Shown: piece by piece, positions 16,350-31,050 of the stretch
Numbering within the stretch: the first letter of the stretch is position 1
How the letters are laid out: every line of letters starts with the position of its first letter
Assembly (NCBI RefSeq): GCF_009914755.1
Contig: NC_060936.1
Direction: 5' to 3' (one strand)
DNA from: the human T2T-CHM13v2.0 reference genome, Homo sapiens
DNA length: 64,000 nt
The notes under the pieces: model-generated
What the model saw: only the letters and a program-made list of their open reading frames with translations
The model's database searches: none
Told to the model about the DNA's origin: nothing
Program-made: the position numbers and the translations under genes

Positions 16350-16900
16350 TCAAAACTTAAAGGTTGTACACTGCTGGTGGCAGAGTAAATTGGAACTGCC
16401 CTTTCGGAAAGCAATTTGGTAACACGTCTCAAGACTCATGAAATATATTCTTTGATATGGAAATTATTCTGGAATTTATCATTAGGAAATGATTCAAAAT
16501 ATTGTTTTAAAAAAGCCCTAAGAAAAAAAAGCTCAATGCCACAAAAGAAAATAAAAAGGAATCCAAATGTCCCAGCATTTGAAATATTATTAACCATATA
16601 TTACAGCAAATCATTTTGATAAATCAGTAAGCAGCCATTTAAGTGGTATTTATGAAGGTCATTTAGCACCATGAAAAAACAAAATAGTATGTATAATTTA
16701 ATGGCAAGTGAAAAAAACAGGATACAAACAGTGTATAAATATTAGTATGGAACACATAAATATATTTAAAAGAGATGCATAATATTAAAGAATGATAATA
16801 TTTGTTGTCTCCAGGTATTATATTATGAATAAAGGATGTATACGTTATTTTCTCTGAGTTTTCACAGTTTCCTTTATATATTTATATTACTTGTTTAACT
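16350..16900 (+). mobile_element. Old L1ME-like 3' fragment
   Basis: tacactgctggtggcagagtaaattggaactgccctttcggaaagcaatttgg motif. Confidence 0.6.
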
Positions 16901-17489
16901 GGAAACAATGTTGACACTCATCTTATTTCTTTCCTAAAATATTGCTTCTGTCTGGCTTATCCACGTCTATCAGTGGCCATAAATCTTCTCATTTTCTTAG
17001 GGGTTCTGACCTGGAGTTCTTAATTTTCTATTTTTCTTTTCCATTCAACCTTTACATGCTGACAGTCCCTATGTACCGTGGAAATCTTTCTTTTTCCACG
17101 ATATTCTATCCATTCCCTCACTTTCTTCTGCAAACAAGGCTCTCAACTACTCACACCAGAATGCATAGAAAAGCCTTTTCCAAAATACACCATGTGTTTT
17201 CCACAAGGTTTTCTTCCTCACATGTTTTAGAAAGCTCTCCTCAGATATTTACCGTTACTTCCTATTATCTATCAATGTAAAACTTGGGCTCCATTATGGC
17301 CTTAATATGTTCTACCATATAATGTCTTTTCAACTCATTAATCTATTTTTCAAATTTGTCAAATCCCCTACTTTGCGCGAACAGATTAAATTTCTCCCCT
17401 CAGGTTACAACAGAGTAAGGAACACAATATTAGTTTCCGACAAATCCTACATTCATGGTTTTATTGGCACTGAGGATGGGAAATGATGT

Positions 17490-17930
17490 CAACAGACAGC
17501 AGCATGCTTATAATAAGAGCAAGGTATACCAAATAAACCTAGTTTCCTTTTTTGATATTATAGATTCGCAGCCTTACATCAGGGGAAGGATTTTGGCAGG
17601 TGTCTGAAAATGTGTCTCAAAACATCTCTGTAGACAAGACTGAGAAAGGTGAGCTAGAGGATAATATAATTCAACAAATTAACGAATGCTTGAATAAGTT
17701 TACCCAAAGAGTCTGGCATAAGATAAAGGTCAACCTGGAAAGAAGGTTCTACAGATATGCTGCAGGGCTTCCTAACTAATACTGATCTTCACAACATTTT
17801 TTAAAATCGAAAACACAAACTAGTTATTTAACTAAAACTATTATCAAGTTTGCCAACTGAAAGAGCTGGAAATGGTAGTCAATACACTGTACGGCAGGAA
17901 AAAAACTAAAAAGTCCTAGAAAATCAGAAA
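17490..17930 (+). mobile_element. L3/CR1 LINE fragment (RT region)
   Basis: gattttggcaggtgtctg...gtagacaagactgagaaaggtgagctagaggataat...tacccaaagagt resembles CR1/L3 RT. Confidence 0.55.
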
Positions 17931-18889
17931 TGTCAGGCTGATATAAATACAGAATATGTCAGGCTGATGTAAATACAGAATGAATCCTTTCATCCAGCTT
18001 CTGAAAAACTGCCTGCAAAATGGCTGATTTCAGCTGAGTGTAGGAAAGAGCTTTTTGGCATGACACTGACCCACAACCACAGTCCGCGTGGGCTGTGCAT
18101 GTGGACAGATGGTGGCAATGGAGGACAAGTCGCTTGACTAAGGGGATGGCTTCACTGTGTGTTACATGTTGCCCAAGGTTTGTCAATACTGATTTCATAC
18201 ACTCTGGGTGTTTGAAATGCCAGGATGCTGTTAAATAAAGTTGTGCAACCAAGAAATGAATTCATTTGCTACCAAAAAATGTTAAGCTAGGTGGGTTTTT
18301 CTCTAACAGTTTGTGTCTTGCTTGCACATCTGATGCACTCTTTTATGACTAAATAGTTAAAAACATGAAGATAGGATGTTGAAAGTCAGAGAGGGGAAGG
18401 CAGTCCTGAGTTATGCTCAACAGCTGCTTCATTGTTTTCATGCCCAAAGGGGCAGAAGAAAGAACTTTTCAATCTTTCAGTTCCATTCTTAGATCTCACA
18501 TCATTTTACATTCACATCTAGAACAGAAAAGTGCTAAAAGATGGGACCTTTGTGTGTAAGAAAAGATAATGATCCTAGTCATCATTTGTTGTTCTTAACA
18601 ATTGTTCACAACTTCAACTATGTAAAATGCAATAACTTGATAGCAATTTGCCACTGCAGTTCACAAAAGATTAAATTTATCAAGTAATCAATTTTAAATA
18701 AGCCATCTGACACTTCTTACACACAAGTAAGGAAAAAGTATATACGTTATCCTGTTTAAACTTCCATCTGCTACAAAATTTGTTAATAGTAAGGCTGAAT
18801 GCAAAGATACTACAGAAGGAACTAAAATAAAGTTCAACATCATTAAAATCTTGATCATTTTTAAAATGAGCTTAGATGAATAAAACACA

Positions 18890-19350
18890 TAGCTGTTCTC
18901 ATAGAGTCAAATATTCTAACGGTGGCAGAAAGTCCATAAACAAATAAATGTGTTTTAGATGGTGATAAATACTATAGGGAAAGTAAGGCAGGACATGGTA
19001 GTAGAGAACATGATGGGCTGCGGAAGGTTCCTATTTACAAAGGGTCATCTCAGAAGACCTCTCTGATATAGTAACATTTGGTCAGAAACCAGCATGATAT
19101 GAAATATCTTGGAAACTCTAAGATAACTATCTGGAAGAGAAGTGCTGCAGGAACAGTTAGTGCAAAGGCTGTGAGAGAGAAGCACACTTAGCACATCTGA
19201 GTAACTGCAAAACAACCAGCCTGTCAGAGGCAGGGGGAGGGGCTTATGAAAAGGAAGGGTCCAGGGTGAGGTGAGATGAAGCAACACTGATGAAGCCAGC
19301 CTCTGTGTCTGTTTCAACACAAGCCAAGGGCAGCTGAGGACTGCCAGTGT
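18890..19350 (-). mobile_element. L2 fragment
   Basis: gaagacctctctgatatagtaacatttg...tgcaaaggctgtgag, reverse L2 motifs. Confidence 0.6.
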
Positions 19351-20329
19351 ATAGCACAGACACATCCATCACCATTTTAGCTCACACTTCATACTAAAGC
19401 ATGCGTTAAAATCATCCAACACAGACAGAGGTTTTTAATCTAAAGCCCGCCTATCCTACAGGGAGAAAGGGCAAAACAACTAGGTTTATATTCTTTGTCA
19501 CTTAAATATTCATAGAATGACCTAATTTTGCTTCTTGCTGGAGCCTCCAAAAATTTCTGATGCAAATCGCTCCCTACAAAACTGACATACAGTATCAAAT
19601 CACTTATTACCCTTAAGCCAACTGAATGCTGCCGGGCATGTTGCAGAGATGTTGAGTTTGAGTTTTAAAGATAATCTGGTAATTCTATGGTAGCAGAATC
19701 TACTGTCTATCAAGGGCACTATGTGTGTCAACAAAACTATATCATCAATTTAGAGAGAAGACAACTTATATCTGTTTCTCCATAGCAGGGGTCATGCATC
19801 TAAGACTCTGAAAACTGGTATCAAATCATTTAGACACGACTGAAAAGAAGGAGGGGATTGAAAACTCATCTCTGTTTTATGCCATAAAAACTATTCTCTT
19901 AGGAGCCTCTCTCACGAGCCTCTGTAATATTCTAACAGATGTTAAAACAGAATTTGTAGGATTATCAAATTGCTCCATGTTGAGTTCAGCGATCTTAGAC
20001 CACTTGCAATTCCTCAGAAAAATATTACAAGTAAGTGGTAATAAAAACATCAAATATCATGTATTGTTCTTGATAGATTCTGTACCAAAGTGAGAGAGAA
20101 TATATCAATGGCCAATAACGGACCATCTTTGTCTAAAAGCGACCTGCGATACACAGAGAATATTGGAGTGAGAAAATTAGGCTTGTAATTTCTGTCCAAA
20201 AGAAACTGACATAGAGATTGGTTGTCCAATATGGGTTTACAAATTAAATCATTAGTACAAAAATCTGTGTAACATTAATTTATACATGTAACAATAACAT
20301 TGAAAAAAACTACTGTGTGAAACAATTAC

Positions 20330-20438
20330 CTGCTCAGCCAATAACGAAGCTAAGCTTGAATATGCATCTGCAAACTCTGGACCATATTTGATGGAATCCT
20401 TCAGTAAGGTGATAGCTTCTTCCTTTTTCTCCTGGGAC
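20330..20438 (-). CDS. TMTC1: TMTC1 coding exon (probably exon 11), 109 nt
   Basis: Acceptor tatctatag, donor CAG|gtaatt; (K)SQEKKEEAITLLKDSIKYGPEFADAYSSLASLLAEQ; within ORF 20252..20485. Confidence 0.96.
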
Positions 20439-21654
20439 CTATAGATAATAATGAAGGGGTGGGGGAGAACATCTTTTAATAACACTTTGTTTCAATCCTC
20501 TGATTAGACTCTAAAAATCTCATTTCTTTTAGCAAAGGTTAGCTGATTCACTCTGGATTTATTGCAAATGAATTAAACTACATTGTCTCAAGGTGCTAAC
20601 AGTTTCTTTCTGTCTCTGAATTCTCCATGGAAAGAGATGTAAAGATGTAAATTACGCTTCAGGTTATCCACTTTTTTCTACCTTCTGTTTTCTGCTGTGC
20701 ACTCTTCGAGAGTTATATTCAATATTTTGCAGGTCTGTTAATGAGAAACTTTGATCTTCAGAGGAACAATTTGGGGGAAATTGGGTGGCATGAGAGCCAA
20801 TTTACAATGATGTGAAGATATTTGGGTCCCTGTAGTACTGGTCACACCACTGCAGGCTGAGCTCCTAGGGTGGCTGTACCTTCCAGGAACAAACCAGGCC
20901 AAACTGCCAATGTTAATCTTTGGTTTTATATTTAAGAGAGAAAATATTCCATAAATAATTTATGAAATTAGAGACTACTGTGACCACTGGCTGGTAAAGA
21001 ATAATGAGACATTTTATCATCATATTTTTACTGAAAATTGAGGCTAATTCTGTCTTCTTCATTTGGTTCTTCCCCCAGTGATGACACTTCCTTTTAAAGA
21101 GGACTCAAGGCCCAAAAGTCATTACCATTTTCTTGGGTAAAAGTTCTCTTTCCTGTTAAATCCAATGAGGAGACATTGGGTCATTATGCTGATATCAATA
21201 TCTTTGGGGCCAAAAATGTACAGTATTGGAAGTGATCAAGTTTGCTATTAATACAATTCCACAGACACTAGTCTCTTGTTAAGTGCTAGACATTGTAATT
21301 GTGCAATGAAAAAGAGAATCCTTTGCACTATACCAAGGACACAGCCTAAAGGTCCCCTCCTCTTTAACAGTTACCAATATAGAGTTGCGTGCTTGTGTTT
21401 TTACTATGCACTGATTTAGCAATGACTATGTGCCATATACCCTCATATCTTTCACATAACATTATTAATGTATTTCTCACAACAATCACATATGGTAGAT
21501 ATTATTGTTCTATTATTATACTCATTTTTCTAATGAGAAATTTTCAATTCAGGGAAGTCAAGTGACTCATCCATGTTTATATAAACAGTCTTCGGAGTGC
21601 TCTTCCATCATACCATATCTGCTGATTCTAACTTCTTAGGAATCCACCCCTAAT

Positions 21655-21822
21655 GACCTTTCTGCTCAAAGTGTGATTCATAGACCTGTTGCAGCAACAT
21701 CACCTTGGAGCCTGTGAGAAATGCACAATATCTCAGGCCCCATCCAGACCTACTGAATCTGATCCTTCAGTTTCAAAAGATTCCCAGGTGATCTGTATGC
21801 ATGCTGCGATTTCAGCAGAACT
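21655..21822. mobile_element. MER5A (hAT MITE)
   Basis: ctcaaagtgtg...gcaacatcaccttggag...agaaatgca...caggccccatccagacctactgaatc. Confidence 0.8.
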
Positions 21823-24800
21823 GTCCCATGAGGTATCAAAGGCAGGTGACCGTAGCTCCTGATACAATCCCCTCCATCTCCCACGCCCCGGCCCTACAGC
21901 TCCAGTTTCTGAGGATGAAGTGACATAGAGGGAAAACTAATATTCACTCCATAAGTTTGAGTTCTTAAGTGTTAGAAGCAGCTTGTTACATAAGGCAATT
22001 TCAACTATCATAGACCTTGGGGAAAAAACCGCCATGCTTCCAACATAGACCTTGGATTTAACAATTCAATGAAGCAAATATTTATCATTATCGATTATAT
22101 GTCAAGCACTTAGCTGTTTCTCAGGAGAGGTGGTGGTCTGCACTATCCTCTTCTTATTAGGGTCTATCTAACTCCTAATGGGCTCTTGTTCATGCAAAGT
22201 CCCATCCTTGAGAACAGGTATAACACCCATGTCCTTAAGTGGATTGTCCTTGGGATGGCTTTCAAGTTGCATGGTTATAATTAATTTGTATTACAGCTCG
22301 CTTAGTGCTTTATTATTGATTCACTCATTTCGTGGACATTTAAAGAGTACCCACAAGACTCCATGACTTCCATACACACACTACGTTTACATACACTCAA
22401 GTTTCTATTCTATAATATACCTTCATGTAATTCTTCCATTGGCACATGTTTTTTAAATGAAATGTATTTTTGTATCCCACTAATTTGGCTATTATCTTAT
22501 GGTCAGCAGAACTCTTCCTCCAAAAATGCATAAATCTTTAATAACATTAATTTGGAAATCCTCTCAAAGTCCAAAGGAAGGTATGGACTTTGAAAATTAA
22601 GGCTGAAAATTAAGTCCCTTGGGATATAATTTAGCTTAGATATTCTTCAAATCAGGAGAGAAAAAAAAAACCCATAACATCTTCATAGCAATGACTTAAT
22701 GGTTTTCTTTTGTCGTGGCTCATATCAGTTAGAATGGAAACTTAGACCTTTTACATGTGAGCTTAGCAAGATGACCATTCAGTACAGTCTATGAACCTAA
22801 ATGCTTGAGTTTGTCCATGAACATTCATGTGACACGATGGAAAGATTATCATCAAAATTATATACCAAGAACCCAGATTCTTGATAAAAAACATCATCTC
22901 CAAAAATCCTGTGAGAGACTAACAGACTTTAAGAAAAACACCTCATCATGTAATTAATTTAGTATATGAGTATTACAAGATGCAAAGACTCTGGCAGAGA
23001 AGACATTTCTTTTTGGCTGTGTACTCCTGGAGGATTCTCCTTTTGCTTGGGAGCCGCTGAGTGTCATTAAGCACCAACAGGTCAGGCTAACAGACATCAC
23101 ATGCCACCTTGAGAGAGATTTTTAAATTCTTCTTAAAGAAAGCCCAATAAGTTGATAAGTGGTGATTTGTTATTGTTTCTAAAAGGGAGAGGAATGAAGA
23201 GAATATTTCTTCTATAGTCTCTCTTGCTCACCCCTTGGTGGGAGCTTATGAAATAGGTGTGGCTTTGACACAATAACTTAGAGAAGATAATTCATCTAAA
23301 TAAAACCTTTCTTGGTTATATAGTAATATGATTATTATGTGAGATTGAAACTTAATTTCAAACTGTTTCTGATGTTAGTAGCATCCCTTTTTCATATCTG
23401 TATTATAGCACGTTTCTCTGATAATTATCCCATATTAAAAATCAGTCCTACAATACTATTGGATTATTGCAGTCTTACTCAGCACTTACTCAGTTTCGCT
23501 TGCTAATGCCTTGGTTCACACATCTGATTTTAGTTCCCTCATTCTTCTCCTTTTATTACATGCCGACAACGGGAAGAACTTTTTCTAGACCTCTGCTTTC
23601 ATATATAAAAATCTTTATTAATGTCCAACTACCTACAGATAGACTCTTAGGCTAAAACCCTCTACAATATGGTTCTGACTAGCATTCCAAACATACCCAG
23701 GTACCTGCTACTCCAGCGAAACTGGGTGGCCTTTGGCATCTATTCTGCAGAACCTAACAATGACCTACTCCATTGATTATCTTCACTGTACCTTACAAAT
23801 CACTGGGTGTGCTTTAAAAAAGACTTTAGTGCTCTGAGGCTTGGCCTCTTAATAGGATGCCCTCCATATGAATATGACAATCACCCAGATTTGAGAATCA
23901 TGGATAGACTCCAACCTCAATTTACAGTACTAGAGACTGAGATTCAGAGTGCTTTCATGATTTGCCCTGCTCCTAAGCAAAAACAAGGGACTAGCCCTAG
24001 GTCTTCCGCCTCTCAGCCTGGTGTTCTTCCCACACCACTTCACAGATGGCCCTTCTCTCCTTCCTATTCAACTCTGGTTCCCAGAGACACCTTCCCTGAC
24101 TTGCCCAGCTCAAAGCTCCTAAAACCACTTAAGAAAACGAAGAACATATGTATACATATGTATCACCTTTCTGATATTTCAGCTTTTTTTTCTATCATCA
24201 TAGGAAAAATATGGTAGGAAAATGCTACCTAGAAGCCCCATTCTGACATCTATATTTTTCTTCTCTGAGATCCTAGTGAAGCACGTGTGGGGAACCTACT
24301 GCTGCCTCTTGCGAGGGGGGATCCAGGTCCATCTAACAGTGAATGTGCCATGCAGACAAGTTTTTTAAGCTGCATATTTCACAATAGTTGTTTCCTAAAC
24401 ATTTACTCTCTGCCAAGGACCATGCTAAGTAATTTACTCTAATTCTCATTCAGCATTATAAATTTGGCATAATTATCTCCCTTTCAAAGATTTAGACAAA
24501 AATACTGACCACCATCATCCCAAATGAATAGAAAACTAAGGTTTAGAGAGCTCAAGTGATTTGTCCCCAGTCACACAGCTTCGATAACACCTGGACTCTA
24601 ATTTAGAACTTCAAATCTAGACCGTTCCATTGAGGCCACACTTGGCATTTCTGTGTTCACTCGCTGAAATGTTATACAATTTATCTGTGACCACCAGGTT
24701 TTAAGTTCCTTCACAGGTGGGACCTACATCTTACTAATGTTACTTTTTTTTCCCCAATTCAGAAAAGTGACTTGCACAGAGTAGAAATTCAATAATTGCT

Positions 24801-24834
24801 GCGTTCGTTTAAAAAAAAAAATCACCGTAGTTTT

Positions 24835-25270
<436 letters not shown>

Positions 25271-25672
25271 CTACAGTTCTTTAAGTATTATAGACGTGAT
25301 CCTAAGGAAGACAGAAGCAGCCCAAGCCTAACTTAGAATCATAAGAAAATCACAGGCACCGCATCCACGTTTTGAAAATCTGTTCCTTACCAAGCACACT
25401 GCTAAGCCGCCTATCCACCTTACCACTATATGGTAGTTAAAAGCACAGACTTAAAAACCAGAAGGACTGGCGTCTCACTCTACATCTACCACTTACTAGC
25501 TGTGTTTCCTTAGGCAAATTATCTGACCCCCATGCATCTCAGGCACTTGGTAGGTACTGTCTATGTTTTGGCTTTTATTATTAACTCATTTAATGTTTCT
25601 AAAAATCACCCATTGAAACCTATTCTTTTCTTAATTTTTAAAACCAAGGAGAATGTGCCATTTTTGATATAG

Positions 25673-26083
<411 letters not shown>

Positions 26084-28089
26084 CCACAATAGATTTTTAA
26101 TCTAATAATTATCATACCTAAATTCATAGCATTGTATTAATTTAGCCATTTAGACCGAATTGACAAGTCAATTTCAAAGGGGAAAAATATTAAAATAACT
26201 TTTCTTCTCTGAACTGACCAAGTCCATGGGTCATTTCTCTGAGTTATATTGAAAGGCCAGAGTTAACTAGCCCATAATTGGTGAAAAATAGATAAAATCG
26301 AACATCAGTATATATCCTGTCCAATCAGGCACAGACACACTTTGATTTTGGAGTCACAGAAAACTCTGAATCCCTTTAAGAACTCATGTGATACTAAAGA
26401 CACCAAGAACAACAAGGACTCTCAGAGCTTCTGGTAGAGGGTTCAACCGGCACTGATGGAACTCTTGGGGATCCCTGCATAGGTAAAAAGTGCAGGTAAG
26501 CGTAAAACTGCTCCAGAATTTGGCAATATTATTGCCCTGCAGCATCTGGAATTTCCTTAACTGCTAAACAGCATCACCAGCTGACGACTGATAATAATCC
26601 TCCGTGATCTAAAATATTTTGTCTTTACTTCTCTCTTAAATCAACACTTCTGAAATTCTGGTGCGTAAAACTCTCCAGGTGTTTGGTAAAGTGCAGAATG
26701 CCAGGACTGATAAGATTCAGCAGGTCTTGGTGGGGCCCAGGAATCATTAGGATTCTAAGCCTCTCAGGTGATTCTGCTTAGCATGGATCAATTGATCCTG
26801 CAGAGGAGGCTAAATATAATAGGATGCTGAAAGCTAAAAAGACAGGATAAAGAAGACTTCCCTGGGACAATCTGACCAAAAGAGAAAGGTGGCACTGGCT
26901 GGTTAATTTGCCCCATGAAAGATACTCCTGGATACCAGGAAATGTGGCAGGATGGGGTTGGGCAGAGTAGAACTCTGGGGTAATACTGCAATGAAAAGAG
27001 GCAGTTTTCTCTCTCATAGGGGCTGTATTGTGAATATCCTTGATTGCATATCCAGGTCTTAGCTCCTGTGTTATCCATCATAACAAAAATAAAAATCTCC
27101 TAATATTTTGCAGCAAAACTCAACTCTCTCATGTTTCCCCCGGGAGCTTCCAAAAGGCTAAAAAATTCCCGAGAATGTGTTCCTGGGACCAGTGACATCA
27201 TCATTAATTTCATAAGAGAAACATTAAGTAGAAATTAGATCTTGTTTAGAATGTACGAATTTTGCCATTAAACACTTGTAGTTTCACAGGGAATTTTCCC
27301 TTTGGTTACACAGCATTGGGACTGTTTTTCCTGTGTGTTAAGTAAAAACATTTGCATCGTGTCACTTTCATGGCTCCATGTCAGTGACAGATATTTAGCA
27401 AAAGCAAACAAGGTTTCGCCACATTTTTCTTTTAGTAATTAAGTACTGGGTAAGTTTGTCAATTTAGAGAACTTTTTGGATTCCTGTCTAAAGTCTCATG
27501 ACATATTCATTTAAACTGAAAGCAGATGCTTGCTTTGAAAAAGTATTGACATTTGGGGAGAACGTAGGAAATGCCAGTAACAGAAATAAATGGATTTGGC
27601 GACCCTCTTGGTGGCAGTAAAATTTCCCATTAACCACAGTGTGAACTTGGAATGCTGGGCAGACCTCTTAATTACTATTCCTTTGTCGGGGTGTCTGTTG
27701 TTGTTGGATTCAAAATTGATGTTCCCAACAAATGAAAAAGATCATGGTTTTTTTTGGCATACTGACTTTACCAGCTCTTCTAAAAAACTGAATTGTGAAA
27801 GTCAAATTGTAAACGTCTGACTGAGATGATCTTTACAGAGCACACATGTTTCTGTAGCTCTACTATCTTTCCTGTACAGAAAGAAAAGAAAATCAGATTA
27901 TATTCTATGTAGCTTCCTTTAGATTCAAGTTTACTGAGCACACCTGGGAAATGTAATGGAAATATAGCATCTAGTTTACTAGGGGTTCACCCTAATTTTT
28001 CTGCTTGACTTTCTACAGAAGCCACGTGGAACTGTGTGGAGGACACAGATTCATATTATGTGGTTAAAAGAATTTTAAAAAATATTTTC

Positions 28090-28385
28090 GCCAGGTGCAG
28101 TGGCTCATGCCTGTAATCTCAATACTTTGGGAGGCCAAGGTGGGCAGATCACCTGAGGTCAGGAGTTTGAGACCAGCCTGGCCAACATGGTGAAACCCCA
28201 TCTCTACTAAAAATACAAAAATTAGCTGGGCGTGGTGGTGGCGCCTGTAATCCCAGCTACTCGGGAGGCTGGGGCAGGAGAATCACTTGAACCCAGAGGC
28301 AGAGGTTGCAGTGAGCTGAGATCATGCCACTGCACTCCAGCCTGGGCAACAGAAGCAAAACTCCATCTCAAAAAAAAAAAAAAAA
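28090..28385 (+). mobile_element. AluS
   Basis: Full dimer with A tail. Confidence 0.95.
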
Positions 28386-29483
28386 GTCAATTCACAGTCA
28401 AACTCATTAGATAGAGTGGCGCAGAAGTGGCACTGGCCTAACAGTTAACATTCAGAGAATAGGCCACTTGCCTCCCTCCCACCCCCCATCCTACCCTTCT
28501 CCCACCTGGAAACTGAGAAATGGTAAGATGGAGTCACAGGGCAGCAGAAATGGAGATGCAGCTCACACACACACCTCACACTGGGGATGGCACAGAGTAG
28601 GTCCTGAGGAAATGTTAGTCCTGAGTTCCTCTCCTTTGTTTCTTTGGAACGACTCTTGGTGTCTATCGTCATCCAGATGAGGTCACTGCTCTGCACCCAG
28701 GCAGTGGAACACCTGCCCCACTGTGCCTTCCTCTGCATCTGCAGGGCTGGTTCTGCGCATGGAGGCGGGCTGGGATAAACTAGTCCCAAGCCAGTTTCAC
28801 TTCAAAGTGTATGCAAATATATATGCTAAATCCTTTCAAGATTAAGGGAAAGTGTAAAACAATGCTCCCAGGTAGGGACCTAAAAGGGAAGGCAGCTGAG
28901 AATAACTTAATTTAGTCAGGATTCATTTGCCCCATAGCTAAAAGGATGCTTTGATGATGCAGTTTAATGCGTGTTCCTGGGTTTAGGCTCAGGCTTGGGG
29001 TGGTCTAAATCTCAGCTCTGCCCTCACCAGTTGAATGATGTGTTAGATGCTTCATCTCTAGGAGCCCCAGTGGCCAAAGAGAAATGTGCTTATTATTAAA
29101 TAATCTCTACCTCTCTAGGTTCCTGTAAGAGTGGAGTAAAAGAACATGAGTGATATGCTTAGCCGAGTGTCTGGCACATAGTAGGAGGCAATAAATGCTA
29201 ACTCCACTTGCTCCTTTCTCCTCTCCAGCAAGATTCCCAGCTCAAATTTCTACCAGAAGCCTCACAGATGGGTTTTTTTTTTCAGCAGAGGCAGGATGCT
29301 ATTACAATGCAAGTACTTCCTCTGGAGAGAAAAGGGACTTTCAAGTTCTTCTCTGGTCTTCTTTTTCTTTTACTTCTCAGTTAAAAGACCAGAAACCTGT
29401 AGTTGTAGTTAAAACCACAGATTCTTGCAGCTGGATAATTCTATGAGATCACTTGTTCTCACCCTTTGTTTTAAAGAGATGGA

Positions 29484-29754
29484 GGCCGGGCACAATGGCT
29501 CACGCCTATAATCCCAGCATTTCGGGAGGCTGAGGAAGACGGATCATTTGAGGTCAGGAGTTCGAGACCAGCCTGGCTAACATGGTGAAACCCTGTCTCT
29601 ATTAAAAATACAAAAATTAGCCAAGCATAGTGGCTCATGCCTGTAGTCCCAGCTACTCAGGAGGCTGAGGCAGGAGAATCACTAAAACCTGGAGGTTGCA
29701 GTGAGCTGAGATCAGCCCACTGCACTCCAGTCTGGGCAACAGAGCAAGACTCTG

Positions 29755-29755
<1 letters not shown>
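29484..29755 (+). mobile_element. AluS inserted in a MIR
   Basis: Dimer with small right-arm deletion; flanks ttttaaagagatgga / gggatagaaactaagcctcag rebuild a MIR core. Confidence 0.9.

Positions 29756-29815
<60 letters not shown>
29756..29815. repeat. (CA)30 microsatellite
   Basis: Uninterrupted CA run in place of the Alu tail. Confidence 0.97.
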
Positions 29816-29817
<2 letters not shown>

Positions 29818-30899
29818 GATAGAAACTAAGCCTCAGCAAAGTTTAAATTTCCCCGAGCTGTTCAACTGCAGGGGTAGAAAATGCATTATCTACTTCTGAT
29901 TCATTGCATATTTTATACCAAGGACCTGAGTTTCAAATTGAAAGTGAGAAATTATGTCCCTGGGCTGATGATAATTAATAATAGTTAAAGCTTATTTCAT
30001 CTTCATTGGGTAATAGGGCCTATGTTGAGGACTTACACGCATTATTGTATTTAGTACTCATGAAAGATGTAGTTACTAGTATTATTTGCACTTTATACAC
30101 GAGCAGTTGGAGGCACTGCAAGGTAAAATCCTTTTCCCAAGGTCACATGTAATTTTGCAGTAGAACTGAGACTCAAACTCACTAAGCTCTCCCAGCTGCT
30201 AGTCTTGAGGAGAACACACAGGAGGTGGTAGTGAGGCAGCATGATGTGGCAGAAAGCACTGGCATCAGTTTCCTGGCCCTGGGCTCTCTCCTCACGTGAT
30301 TCTCAGTCTGTAATGGGAGAGTGATGGGCTTGTCCTAGACAACTGGTGTGGGCAGGCTCATGAGACATGAGAAGTGCTGAGCAGAGTGCCATTTAAGTGC
30401 CAGTTACTGTTGTCCCTGTCACTTGCAGGAGGAGGGTGGCCAGAAAGCTGAGGGAAGAGAGCCCTGCTATGCTGGCCGGCAGACAAGAGGCAAGGCATGA
30501 AAACACCAAACTAAGGGAACTGGGCCCTATATCAGGAGGGTACAAATGGGAGGGAGGTTGGCAGAGTTGCTAAGGAGTCACCAAGAAGGGAAGGGGCCTT
30601 ATTTCATGCTTCCTGGGACAGACCCTGCAGGCCACAGACAGGGGTGGAACATGCATATTCCTCTTTCTGTCCTTCCTATTTCTCTTCCTGGCCTACACAG
30701 AGCATTTTTAGATTTAAAAGCCTTTTGATTATGTCTAACAGCCTATATGCCAAATTTAATTGTCTGGGTAAAGTTGATCTCCTACTGGGCTTTAGAAAAA
30801 ATGTTCAGGCACTTGGTACCCTAAAGTAAGACAAATGTATGCAGAAAGAAATTTTCAATGATTATCCACATTTCTCTTATTCTTTTAATTGAATCAGAC

Positions 30900-31050
30900 T
30901 AGTCCCAGCTACTCGGGAGGCTGAGGCAGGAGGATCGCTTCAGCCCAGGAGTTGGGAAGTTTGAAGCTGTTGTGTGCTATGATCGCACCTGTGAATAGCC
31001 ACTGCACTCCAGCCTGGGCAACATAGTGAGTCCTTTTCTCTTAAAAAAAA
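30900..31050 (+). mobile_element. FAM (fossil Alu monomer)
   Basis: 7SL-like cacctgtgaatagccactgcactccagcctgggcaacatag. Confidence 0.85.

Noticed and set aside
30886-30896. DUX4-type motifs TAATTGAATCA (here) and TAATCTAATCA (63760-63770)
   Set aside because: About one or two are expected by chance in 64 kb of AT-rich DNA; the THE1 copy's own site is mutated (TAATTGGATCA)
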